Part shown: positions 39,202 through 47,583 of the stretch, one piece after another
How positions within the stretch are numbered: the stretch's first letter is position 1
Layout of the letters: every line of letters starts with the position of its first letter
NCBI GenBank assembly: GCA_028286725.1
Contig: JAQBQZ010000009.1
Coordinates: 1,408 to 65,407 of the forward strand
Direction: 5' to 3'
Length of the DNA stretch: 64,000 nucleotides
DNA from: Candidatus Tayloriibacteriota bacterium
GTDB taxonomy: Bacteria > Patescibacteriota > Minisyncoccia > Phycocordibacterales > CAIRYW01
Notes under the pieces: model-generated
The model's input: the letters and a program-made list of their open reading frames with translations, nothing else
Told to the model about the DNA's origin: nothing
Databases searched by the model: none
Translations under genes and position numbers: made by a program

Positions 39202-39537
39202 ATGATCCCCAAAGACCCAAATAGAGACAAAAAAATAGAAGAAGTGATCAAAAAATGCGCTACCAAGTTTCTCTTGGAAGAAGGTTCTAACGCTTCCCTT
39301 CTTACCGTTACTAATGTGATCGTGTCAGCAAAGTTTGAGCAAGCAACGATCTTTTTTACCGCATTCCCAGAAAACAAAGAAAAGACTGCACTTGAATTTT
39401 TGAAGCGAAAGCGAGGAGAATTCAAAGAGATCCTAAAAAATGAAACAAGACTACAAAGAATTCCGTTTATAGACTTTGAGATTGATATAGGTGAAAAGAA
39501 CAGACAGAATATCGAAAGACTTTCAAATCAAATATAA
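39202..39537 (+). CDS. rbfA: ribosome-binding factor A
   Basis: LLTVTNVIVSAKFEQATIFFT...LQRIPFIDFEID matches the RbfA KH-like fold consensus. Conserved infB-rbfA order. Confidence 0.8.
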   Translation: MIPKDPNRDKKIEEVIKKCATKFLLEEGSNASLLTVTNVIVSAKFEQATIFFTAFPENKEKTALEFLKRKRGEFKEILKNETRLQRIPFIDFEIDIGEKNRQNIERLSNQI

Positions 39538-39610
39538 TTTAAAATCTCTACGAATTCAGGCTTCGCGGGGATTTTTTATTTCCAACAAGCGAGGTGAAAA
39601 GCGAATACAT

Positions 39611-39675
39611 GGAGCTTTGCAAGACCTTTTGAGATCGTACTCGATCCAAAAGGTGTACAGTTCCTGTAAGGAAAG
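39611..39675. repeat. copy R3 of the dispersed hairpin repeat family
   Basis: GGAGCTTTGCAAGACCTTTTGAGATCGTACTCGATCCAAAAGGTGTACAGTTCCTGTAAGGAAAG. Confidence 0.7.
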
Positions 39676-39880
39676 CGTGGACGAGTACTCTCGTACACAG
39701 CGTCCGAGTCGCACTACAAGAGTACTTCTTATTTTCTAACTCACTTCGTTCATAAGAAAATAATGTCGAGTTGGAATATAGGGTTAATACCCGAAGCGAT
39801 GCCGAAGGTCAAAAGTATGAGCGGAGCGAATTTACCTCGTGAGCTCTGCTCCGAGGTCCTTTATATGATATAATTTTGAA

Positions 39881-40774
39881 ATGAAACAATCTAAAACAAA
39901 TTTTACAATCGCAATATTATTAGCGCTTATTTTTATTGGAATTAATGCAAATATTACGAAAGGTGCGGCTGCCGCAATCCTGACACTTGAAAGTGTTGGA
40001 TCGATCGATAGCCAAATCACTGTATATGGTGATCCTTATGGTGCCGTTGAACTTCACTATGGTAATGGTGGAGTAGTGACTCTCGGTAGTACAGATCAAA
40101 ATGGTTATCTTCGAATGGCGGTAAATACAGCAAGCTACAATATTGCCTGCGATCAGACTGCGTACGCGCTCGTAAATGGTCAAAGAACTGCAACAATCCG
40201 ATGGTCAAAGCCAGACGCACTTACTTGTGACAAAACCGCAAGCACAAATGGAATCTCTTTCAGTCAGAACAATATCGTGATGACGATCGGTCAAAGCAAA
40301 TCGATAACAATAAATGGAACAGGAGGATACTCTGTAACCAATAACTCAAGTCCGGTCATAAGCAGCACAATTACAAGCAGCACCTTGAATCTCATCGCGA
40401 ATGGATTTGGAGGAACGAGTATCACAGTCTGTGACAATAGCTCAAGATGCGGAACATTGTACGTGGTCGCAGTGAATGCAAGCGATATTCAAAACGTGAG
40501 CATTAATCAATGTGTGACACCAACGACAAATACCACAACTTCAACTACACCGACTAAATTTGTATTTACAAAACTTCTAGAGATGGATTCAATAGGAACC
40601 GAAGTGACAGAACTTCAGAAAAAACTAACAAACCTTGGATTCTATGCCGGCCCTGTGACTGGAAAGTTTGGACCACTTACAGAGACCGCTGTTAAAAAGT
40701 TTCAAAAAGAATATAAGATCACTCAAGCTGGATATGTTGGTCCGTCTACAAGAGCGAAGCTGAATCAACTCTAA
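39881..40774 (+). CDS. secreted protein with C-terminal PG_binding_1-like domain
   Basis: Signal peptide and a Thr/Ser-rich beta-rich ectodomain. The C-terminus LQKKLTNLGFYAGPVTGKFGPLTETAVKKFQKEYKITQAGYVGPSTRAKL matches the peptidoglycan-binding domain pattern. Confidence 0.7.
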   Translation: MKQSKTNFTIAILLALIFIGINANITKGAAAAILTLESVGSIDSQITVYGDPYGAVELHYGNGGVVTLGSTDQNGYLRMAVNTASYNIACDQTAYALVNGQRTATIRWSKPDALTCDKTASTNGISFSQNNIVMTIGQSKSITINGTGGYSVTNNSSPVISSTITSSTLNLIANGFGGTSITVCDNSSRCGTLYVVAVNASDIQNVSINQCVTPTTNTTTSTTPTKFVFTKLLEMDSIGTEVTELQKKLTNLGFYAGPVTGKFGPLTETAVKKFQKEYKITQAGYVGPSTRAKLNQL

Positions 40775-40826
40775 AGCTGGTAAAAAGTCTCAAAAAAATG
40801 TAAACTGTCACCAGTCCTAAAATATT

Positions 40827-40899
40827 GGTGTAGTGGCGAAGTGGTTAACGCGGCAGTTTGCAAAACTGTTATGCGCCGGTTCGATCCCGGCCTACACCT
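40827..40899 (+). tRNA. tRNA-Cys (anticodon GCA)
   Basis: Acceptor GGTGTAG/CTACACC, anticodon stem-loop GCAGT-TTGCAAA-ACTGT and T-loop GGTTCGATCCC. Confidence 0.75.
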
Positions 40900-40952
40900 C
40901 AATAAAAAGCAGCGCTTTTTAGGTATAGATTCCCGGTCGTATATATAAAATT

Positions 40953-41035
40953 GCCCGGGTGATGTAATGGTAGCCATAGGGGACTTAAAATCCCCAGGTC
41001 GCAAGACCGTGCGGGTTCGAGTCCCGCCCCGGGCA
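40953..41035 (+). tRNA. tRNA-Leu (anticodon TAA), long variable arm
   Basis: Acceptor GCCCGGG/CCCGGGC, anticodon stem-loop GGGGA-CTTAAAA-TCCCC, variable arm GGTCGCAAGACC and T-loop GGTTCGAGTCCCGC. Confidence 0.8.
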
Positions 41036-41090
41036 CAAAATACAAAAGACTTCAGAAATTTTTCTGAAGTCTTTTGTATTTTGTGCCCGG
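41029..41090. repeat. 62-bp perfect palindrome overlapping the tRNA-Leu(TAA) 3' end
   Basis: CCGGGCACAAAATACAAAAGACTTCAGAAA / TTTCTGAAGTCTTTTGTATTTTGTGCCCGG. Followed by GAAAGTGCtaaacaCACTTTC and GAGGCGGGACTCGAA (inverted T-arm copy). The arms share GGGCACAAAATACAAAA with the locus at 24667. Confidence 0.85.
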
Positions 41091-41286
41091 AGAAAGTGCT
41101 AAACACACTTTCGAGGCGGGACTCGAAAAGGTTCTCCCATATTTTTGAGAATGTAATCATTTGAGAAAATGGGAAACCTATACGACATTGTTTTCTTATG
41201 ACTGAAAGGAATTAGAAAACAAGAAGTACTCTTGTGGTGCTGCGGCTGTAAGCCGAGAGTTCCGGTAAGGACCGAGTTCCCGTCCC

Positions 41287-41694
41287 TTACTTAAACCCCT
41301 CCACAACCAACCCCTTTATCTGATCTCTCACAACCGCACTTACTTCATAGCCCATTTTGTAAGGATCAACAATATCCCAAAAAATGAGTTTCTTATTTGC
41401 TTTAATATAATCTGGAATTTTTGATTCTTTTTCCAAGATAACAACGACATCAAAATCAGCTAGCATGCTCGGATCAAAAACAGTTCTTGTATTATCACTC
41501 ATATCGACACCCTCTTCTCTCATCGCCCGAATAACATCTTTAGCTTCTTCTTTATCTCCAATTCTTTGTCCAGGAATACTTACATTAAATCCAGCAGAGG
41601 AAACTTCATATTCAGGATGAAGTTTTTTTAAAAACATTTGAGCCATCTGGCTTCGTCCCACATTTCCACCGCATACAAAGAGAACTTTTTTCAT
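41287..41694 (-). CDS. low-molecular-weight phosphotyrosine phosphatase / ArsC-like family protein
   Basis: N-terminal CX5R P-loop VLFVCGGNVGRSQMAQ. 135 aa. Confidence 0.7.
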   Translation of the reverse strand: MKKVLFVCGGNVGRSQMAQMFLKKLHPEYEVSSAGFNVSIPGQRIGDKEEAKDVIRAMREEGVDMSDNTRTVFDPSMLADFDVVVILEKESKIPDYIKANKKLIFWDIVDPYKMGYEVSAVVRDQIKGLVVEGFK

Positions 41695-43001
41695 TAATTT
41701 AATATTTTTTTCAATTCCTCCCTCACCACATTCCGATCATCCCAAGGAATTGATATGCCACCAATAATCATTGACTGCTCTGCACCTTTGCCAGTGACCA
41801 TCACTACATCGCCCTCCTTGGCGATCTCAAAGCACTTTCGAATACCCTCTCGCCTATCTTCAATCACAAAAAGATTTTGCCCTCGAACTTTACCTACTTG
41901 TAGCGATGCTTTGGCAATATCCTCAACAATAGGTGTTGGATCATCCTCATACGGATCTACATTGGACACCACAACCACATCAGCAAGCCTGCCTACGATT
42001 TCACCCATAATCGCTCGCTTACCCTTGTCCCGTCCTCCACCCTCGGCGCCAAGAAGCATAATTGATTTTCCATTTTCACCTTTAAGTGTATTCGCCGTTT
42101 CTGTTGCATAAGTCATACTCTCCTTTTCGTGAGCATAATCTACAAACACTCTAAAGTTCTGTCCTTCTTTTATTTCTTCCATTCGTCCCGGAATAATACT
42201 CAAGTGCTCGATCGCTTTTTTTGCTCGCTCGTGACCAATACCAAAGAGTTTGCCGACAACGATCGCAGGCAATGCATTATAGACATTAAATGTTCCCGGG
42301 ATTGAAATTGAATATTTATGATTATGTAATTCAAAATCAACACCGTTTTTGCTCGGAGTAATATTCTCTGCTTTGTTTTGGCTTTGAAGATTAATACTGA
42401 ACGATTCTTTATTATCTGCATCAAACGATAAATAGTATGATGAATGTTCACTGTCAGTATTTACAATAATTGTTTTTGGAAACTCCTTTCCTTTAAACAT
42501 TTTTTTCTGTGATTTACTTAAACGCTCAAAAAGCTTACCTTTCATATTTTTATAATTATCAAATGTCTTATGGGCATCAATATGCTCTGGAGTAAGGTTC
42601 GTAAATATTGCAATATCATAATCAATCCCGATATGACGATATTGAGCAATACCTTGTGATGTTGTTTCAACGATCGCACATTCACAATCCTCAGATACCA
42701 TTCGTCGAAGGAATTTTTGGATAACAAATCTTCCAGGCATTGTCATATGAAAAGGATTCAATAATTCTTCATTACCGATTCGGACATTTGCAGTGGTAAT
42801 GATCCCTGTTTTTATACCGCTTTGATTCAACACTGACCAAATAAAGTTAATGGCGGAAGTCTTGCCTTTTGTTCCAGTCACCCCAATCACAATCATTTTC
42901 TTTGAAGGGAATCCGTATACAAAAGATGCAAAAAGTGCAGTCAGATAATGATAGTAAGAGAAAAATTTCTGTGGAACTATTTTTCTAATTAAAGATTTCA
43001 T
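41694..43001 (-). CDS. Mur ligase family protein (MurE-like UDP-N-acetylmuramoyl-peptide ligase), N-terminal TM
   Basis: ATP-binding P-loop VIGVTGTKGKTS and the Mur_ligase middle and C-terminal domains (TFNVYNALPAIVVG). Which amino acid is added cannot be told from sequence alone. Confidence 0.7.
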   Translation of the reverse strand: MKSLIRKIVPQKFFSYYHYLTALFASFVYGFPSKKMIVIGVTGTKGKTSAINFIWSVLNQSGIKTGIITTANVRIGNEELLNPFHMTMPGRFVIQKFLRRMVSEDCECAIVETTSQGIAQYRHIGIDYDIAIFTNLTPEHIDAHKTFDNYKNMKGKLFERLSKSQKKMFKGKEFPKTIIVNTDSEHSSYYLSFDADNKESFSINLQSQNKAENITPSKNGVDFELHNHKYSISIPGTFNVYNALPAIVVGKLFGIGHERAKKAIEHLSIIPGRMEEIKEGQNFRVFVDYAHEKESMTYATETANTLKGENGKSIMLLGAEGGGRDKGKRAIMGEIVGRLADVVVVSNVDPYEDDPTPIVEDIAKASLQVGKVRGQNLFVIEDRREGIRKCFEIAKEGDVVMVTGKGAEQSMIIGGISIPWDDRNVVREELKKILN

Positions 43002-43002
43002 A

Positions 43003-44025
43003 TTAAATATATTTTTTAATTAATTTTCTTGTTATATAAACATAATACCAAAATGGCTTCAATACGAGATCATAGAGTGCCAGATGGTGAACTACTTCCC
43101 CTCCAAACTTCTGTTTAAAGGAACTCAAGCCCTGCCATTTTTTGTTTTCTTCTCCGACCGACACTGCGCCAAAATTATAATATTTTGCACCCATATCTTT
43201 TGCCTTGAGCATCGCATTAAAATGCGCAAGATATGGAGCACAAAGATCTTTATGCAAATCAGAAGATGCTCCAAATACATAGTGCGCTACATCACCTACA
43301 ACAAACACAACATGTGAGGCGAGACGTTCATTTTCATAAAAAGCTTCGATCAAAAATCCTTTGCCTGTCTTTTCAAGTTCTTCAAAATATTATTTGAAGT
43401 AATCATTATTATGTAGTGCGAATCCTTTTAGAACAGAGGTCTGCTTCATAAGTTCCAAAAAAGCTGGGAGTTTTTTTGCAAGATCCTTATCTATAAGAAC
43501 CGTTTTTATTCCTTTCTTTTCTGCAAGACGAACTGAGTAGCGAGTCTTTGAATGCATTGCACTCAGGATCTCTTCAGGGGTACCACTTATCGCTGTATAC
43601 CACTCGTCACGAGGCTGGAAATACGCACCAACAATTGAAGGGGGTAAGGACTCTGTAAAATATTTTTTGAGTGGAATAGAATTATTTGAATCAATAAAAG
43701 TAAAATCCAGTCTTACAAATGCCACATTATTTTTCTTCGCCCACATTGTGAGCCCACTTTTAATAGATAAAATAATTTCTTCTGATACATTAGAGAGAAT
43801 CGGGCCGTAGGGAGCATACCAGTATGTGAGACTTCTGAAGAGCGGATATTCAACAATAAGAACAGAACCAATAACACTTTTGTCATTTAAGATTTGAAAG
43901 TTCTTTATATTCCTACTCATTCTTTTCTGGATCAGGCCATAGGCAAAAGTCTGAGTTAAAGGAATATTTTGACCATTTACTTCCACAAAATCTTTTTCGT
44001 TTGTAATCTCTTTGAGGTGTATCAT
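43003..44025 (-). pseudogene. FemAB-family (FemX/MurM-like) peptidoglycan bridge aminoacyltransferase interrupted by an in-frame TAA
   Basis: ORFs 43390..44025 (N part, ...MHSKTRYSVRLAEKKGIKT) and 43003..43353 (C part, ...GLSSFKQKFGGEVV) are in the same frame. They are separated by a single TAA at 43390-43392, and translation continues sensibly across it (YFEELEKTGKGFLIEAFYENE...). Confidence 0.6.
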
Positions 44026-44114
44026 CGATCCTATTATACTATATTTTTCTGAGTGATCCGATTAGACATTTCTCTATTTTCTGGTATATTTCTAAGATAC
44101 CAAATATACGGCAT

Positions 44115-44188
44115 GCGTCCATAGCTCAGCTGGTAGAGCAGCTCCCTCTTAAGGAGACGGTCGTAGGTTCGACTCCTACTGGACGCAC
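44115..44188 (+). tRNA. tRNA-Lys (anticodon CTT)
   Basis: Acceptor GCGTCCA/TGGACGC, D-arm GCTCAGCTGGTAGAGC, anticodon loop CTCTTAA and T-loop GGTTCGACTCC. The anticodon identity is less certain (G-A at the top of the anticodon stem). Confidence 0.6.
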
Positions 44189-44245
44189 AAATAAAGAAAA
44201 ACCTCAGCAGATATCTGCTGAGGTTTTTCTTTATTTGTGCGTCCA
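44182..44245. repeat. 64-bp perfect palindrome overlapping the tRNA-Lys 3' end
   Basis: GGACGCACAAATAAAGAAAAACCTCAGCAGAT / ATCTGCTGAGGTTTTTCTTTATTTGTGCGTCC. Followed by the hairpin CAAGCgcggggcactTGCTTG and TAGGAGTCGAAC, an exact inverted copy of the tRNA T-arm GTTCGACTCCTAC. Confidence 0.85.
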
Positions 44246-44438
44246 AGCAAGCGCGGGGCACTTGCTTGTAGGAGTCGAACGGTTTGCATTGAGCTTGTAG
44301 TAACAAGCGAAGCGAAAACCGGTGACCAGAAAACTTCTGCGGGTAGCAGAAGTTTTCGAGGTCGACAAGCGTACTCACGGTCCAATTGGAATTAAAAATC
44401 CAGGAGTTCGGCTCCTGGATTTTTATTTTTTACGTTCG

Positions 44439-45653
44439 CTATCTAACTCCTTTTCTCCTCAAATTCTCCTTCTTAAACTCTTCAATTCTTTCTTTCATAG
44501 ACATCTTAGGATGTCCCGCAGGCTGTAGCATTCCTCTTTTAAGCATAAGAGCATATGCCATGAATGCACTCCAAATCATCATTCCAAGAATAAAGAAAAT
44601 CATCTTAAGATTCTCCTCTACTCCAGTGTAAGGAATTTGACTGAGATATACTCCCGATGCGCTTGTACCAATACTTGGAGTGTTGTAGTAAGTCGTATTA
44701 GTATTATTTCCATAATAGTAGTTACCATTACCTACAGTCACATAAAGATTGGCGCAGCTGCTGTAGTTGTAATTATTGCCAGATGAAACATTTGAAGAGC
44801 AGACAGTTATTGTTGCTGACCCAGGATTACGAGCGTACAAGTTAATCGTGTTACCATTTATGCTTGCATTCACAACATAAGAATCAGTACCGTTAGATGT
44901 ATAGTACACATTGTTTCCTCCGTAGATACTGACATTCGCACTCTGCCCCACAGTAAGTGAAATACTGCTTGGATTTATAGTGATCGGATTTGAGTTGTAA
45001 TTGTTGTTACCATTTCCATTTATTGTGACATAGAGAGTCGCACATCCATATCCAGATGAGTTTGCACAGACAGTTATCGTAGATGATCCTCCAGAACTAT
45101 TTGCAGAGAGATTGATTGTATTACCACTTACATATGCAGAGACAGCTCCTGAATTTGAGTTTGATGAAATATAGTATCCGTTACCGTTGCCTCCATTTAC
45201 GTTAACTGTTGCACTACCAAGCGAATTGATGTTGATGTTGTTTTGACTGAGATACACATTTCCACCATTGCTGTTTCCATTATTGCTGTAGTTTGGCCAA
45301 GTTTTTGCCTGAGATTGCTGACCATTTACTATCACATAAACTGATGATCCAGAAGGGATACTATAGTTGTAACTATTGAGAGTAGTATTTAGATTTCCTG
45401 AACTATCAGTTGTTCCAATGTTTGTCGATGAAGGATTTGATGCATTGTTCGGGTAGTAATAAAGCAAAACCTGCGCATTCGGGTCCGCATTAAGACTTAT
45501 TGATACGATGCTATTGTTACCGTTTGCAAGTGCAAAAGTAGGCGTAACAGCCGCTTTTACGCTCAAAAATGGCAAAAATAGAGCTATAATGGCAAAAACA
45601 CTGATAATTAAGGGGTATTTGTATGTATGTTTCATGATAAAACTAATTATCAA
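44439..45653 (-). CDS. secreted Asn/Gly/Ser-rich surface protein with conserved C-terminal IPYTG-TM-basic tail module
   Basis: Signal/TM N-terminus and a long low-complexity N/G/S/Y-rich region. The C-terminus SGVYLSQIPYTGVEENLKMIFFILGMMIWSAFMAYALMLKRG...EEFKKENLRRKGVR is paralogous to that of 33607..34995. A terminator hairpin lies at 44392-44425. Confidence 0.7.
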   Translation of the reverse strand: MIISFIMKHTYKYPLIISVFAIIALFLPFLSVKAAVTPTFALANGNNSIVSISLNADPNAQVLLYYYPNNASNPSSTNIGTTDSSGNLNTTLNSYNYSIPSGSSVYVIVNGQQSQAKTWPNYSNNGNSNGGNVYLSQNNININSLGSATVNVNGGNGNGYYISSNSNSGAVSAYVSGNTINLSANSSGGSSTITVCANSSGYGCATLYVTINGNGNNNYNSNPITINPSSISLTVGQSANVSIYGGNNVYYTSNGTDSYVVNASINGNTINLYARNPGSATITVCSSNVSSGNNYNYSSCANLYVTVGNGNYYYGNNTNTTYYNTPSIGTSASGVYLSQIPYTGVEENLKMIFFILGMMIWSAFMAYALMLKRGMLQPAGHPKMSMKERIEEFKKENLRRKGVR

Positions 45654-45764
45654 TATTGTAAGAGGTTTGTCAATATCAATAAGAAATTTGATCGATCGAT
45701 TAAAAATCGAAAAAACTTAGTAAAATATTGATAAAATCGAAAAATAATATATTATGTATGGATT

Positions 45765-45846
45765 GCTGGAGTGGCGGAATTGGTATACGCGCTAGTCTTA
45801 GGAACTAGTCCCGTAAGGGTTAGGAGTTCGAGTCTCCTCTCCAGCA
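45765..45846 (+). tRNA. tRNA-Leu (anticodon TAG), long variable arm
   Basis: Acceptor GCTGGAG/CTCCAGC, anticodon stem-loop CTAGT-CTTAGGA-ACTAG, variable arm CCCGTAAGGG and T-loop GGAGTTCGAGTCTCC. Confidence 0.8.
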
Positions 45847-45987
45847 CAAAAAATGACCCCGAAAGGGGTCTATTTTTATGTCTGCTGGAGAGGAGACTCG
45901 AAGGGCGCAGCACACCGAAGTTTACGAGGTCTGAATTCAGCAGAATTCAGAAGCGAGGAGGGGTGAGCTCGGGATTGGGACCCGAGT

Positions 45988-46057
45988 GCAAGACCTTTTG
46001 AGATACAATCGAGCTTGCGAGATTTTATCCAAAAGGTGTACTGCTCCTGTATGGAGG
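45988..46057. repeat. copy R2 of the dispersed hairpin repeat family (includes a duplicate of the clpB 3' end)
   Basis: GGTGAGCTCGGGATTGGGACCCGAGTGCAAGACCTTTTGAGAT...ATCCAAAAGGTGTACTGCTCCTGTATGGAGG. The first part is the reverse complement of the last clpB codons at 28456-28495. Confidence 0.75.
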
Positions 46058-46169
46058 CGATTTGCGACGGCGAGTAAAATATTCGTGACCGAGTCTCCTC
46101 TCCAGTCTACGGACCTACACCCATCCCCCCCCCAAAAAAAAATAACACCTCTCGGTGTTATTTTTTTCT

Positions 46170-46487
46170 TTATCTTGTAGGTTTCAGAACTTTCTTCATA
46201 TCTTCCTTAGTTTGTGTATCCTGACCGAGTCCGAAAGTATTGATAGAAATCTTGACTATCGTAAATGCCATAAACATAAGCGCCATTCCAATAATTCCCC
46301 AAAGTATTCCGTTAGCCCCTTTTGCTCTAACCTCTGGATTATCAGCCCCAGTTATATAAGCTCGCACTCCCCACAAAAATGCAACGAGTGCAAACGTAAA
46401 CATAAGAACAATAAGCGGGTTCACAATGACCCCGCTTATGTTCTCAATTAATTTATCTGCGGCGGCTGATGCTGCAATATTGTTCAT
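46170..46487 (-). CDS. two-TM small membrane protein, member 1 of a 7-gene paralog array (VirB2/TrbC-type T4SS pilin-like)
   Basis: 105 aa with two hydrophobic helices separated by a short charged loop (ITGADNPEVRAKGANGILWGIIGMALMFMAF). A terminator hairpin follows at 46139-46165. Confidence 0.55.
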   Translation of the reverse strand: MNNIAASAAADKLIENISGVIVNPLIVLMFTFALVAFLWGVRAYITGADNPEVRAKGANGILWGIIGMALMFMAFTIVKISINTFGLGQDTQTKEDMKKVLKPTR

Positions 46488-46489
46488 AG

Positions 46490-46819
46490 TTATCTAGTGA
46501 CCGCACCTGAAGCTGGACCTATTGCCTTAGGAATATAGTCTGGAGCAATTGTACTTGTTCCACCGCTCTGGAAGAATGTCTTTGAGAGAATGTTTACAAA
46601 TCCCCAAACTGAAACCATCACGAAAAGCGCAATGATACCGAAAATGATCATACCTCGCGCAGCCGCTCGCTTCTCTTCGTCTCCTCCTGCAGTCACGAAC
46701 TGTACGATACCAATGAGAAACAAAATGAGTCCGATTGAAATGATCAAAGGGATCAAACCGTTCATGAAGTTAGTAATAGATGTGAGACTAGAACCGATAC
46801 TTGAAAAATCCAGATTCAT
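46490..46819 (-). CDS. two-TM pilin-like protein, array member 2
   Basis: 109 aa. Core motif FVTAGGDEEKRAAARGMIIFGIIALFVMVSVWGFVNILSKTFF is shared with members 3-5. Confidence 0.6.
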   Translation of the reverse strand: MNLDFSSIGSSLTSITNFMNGLIPLIISIGLILFLIGIVQFVTAGGDEEKRAAARGMIIFGIIALFVMVSVWGFVNILSKTFFQSGGTSTIAPDYIPKAIGPASGAVTR

Positions 46820-46925
46820 AAATTAATTTATTAATTATTAATATTAAACGTAGAACTAATTATACCCTCGAAGCGTTACGGATTGCAATAGCAAGGTGGA
46901 AAACCTCATTAAAATTTCAAATCAA

Positions 46926-47495
46926 TTATCGCGAAATCTCATTACCCGAATTCGCAGAAAACTGGATTGATTGCTGCTGAGCTGGGGCACTAATGCTACC
47001 AGTACTTATTGATTGTGTTGGAGCTGCACTAATAGGAGTATTTACACCTCCAGCATCTTGAGCGCCAGAACAAGTTGTTGAAAAAACTTTATCATCACTA
47101 CTATTGAATTGAGGTATCACAAGCTGCAACCCAAAACTATTTGTAAATAATCCCAATATTCCCCAGATCGAGACCATAAAGAAAAATCCGAGTATCCCAT
47201 AGATCATCATCTTGCGCCCTTCACTCATCTTTTCACTATCATCTCCATGACTTACATATTTGATGAGTCCTTGAATAAAAGCACCGAGCGCAATAACAAC
47301 AAGATAAGGTATGAAATCGAGAGCAAGCTTTACAACAATACAGACAAGCTGGCTAAAATTCTGGGGCGCTGACGGTATCGTGCTCGAAAACATTGAATTA
47401 TCATCAGCATAAACAAAAACTGCATTTATAAGAACAAGAACCGCTACAAGTAGAAGATAATATGGTTTTTTCATCCCGTTAGAAAAGATTAGCAA
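46926..47495 (-). CDS. two-TM pilin-like protein, array member 3
   Basis: 189 aa with signal/TM and core YVSHGDDSEKMSEGRKMMIYGILGFFFMVSIWGILGLFTNSFG. Confidence 0.6.
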   Translation of the reverse strand: MLIFSNGMKKPYYLLLVAVLVLINAVFVYADDNSMFSSTIPSAPQNFSQLVCIVVKLALDFIPYLVVIALGAFIQGLIKYVSHGDDSEKMSEGRKMMIYGILGFFFMVSIWGILGLFTNSFGLQLVIPQFNSSDDKVFSTTCSGAQDAGGVNTPISAAPTQSISTGSISAPAQQQSIQFSANSGNEISR

Positions 47496-47583
47496 TTGCC
47501 TCTAATAAATTTTTATACTTTACATTCATGTGTTTTTGCAGATTTAGATTTTGTAAATAGTCTGCTTTTCTAACGGGACAGGC

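Noticed and set aside
39491-39739. ORF 39491..39739 (82 aa)
   Set aside because: It overlaps the rbfA 3' end and repeat copy R3 and has no features of a real protein.
24667-44245. Possibility that the repeated palindromes are a CRISPR array
   Set aside because: The copies are tens of kb apart, each is tied to a different tRNA 3' end, there is no regular repeat-spacer periodicity and no cas genes.
44034-44385. ORFs 44034..44378 and 44176..44385
   Set aside because: They overlap tRNA-Lys and its downstream palindrome or hairpins. They are spurious.
45771-46001. ORF 45771..46001 ending in ...GVSSGLGPECKTF
   Set aside because: It reads through tRNA-Leu(TAG). Its C-terminal similarity to ClpB is explained by the duplicated clpB 3' end repeat (R2), not by a gene.
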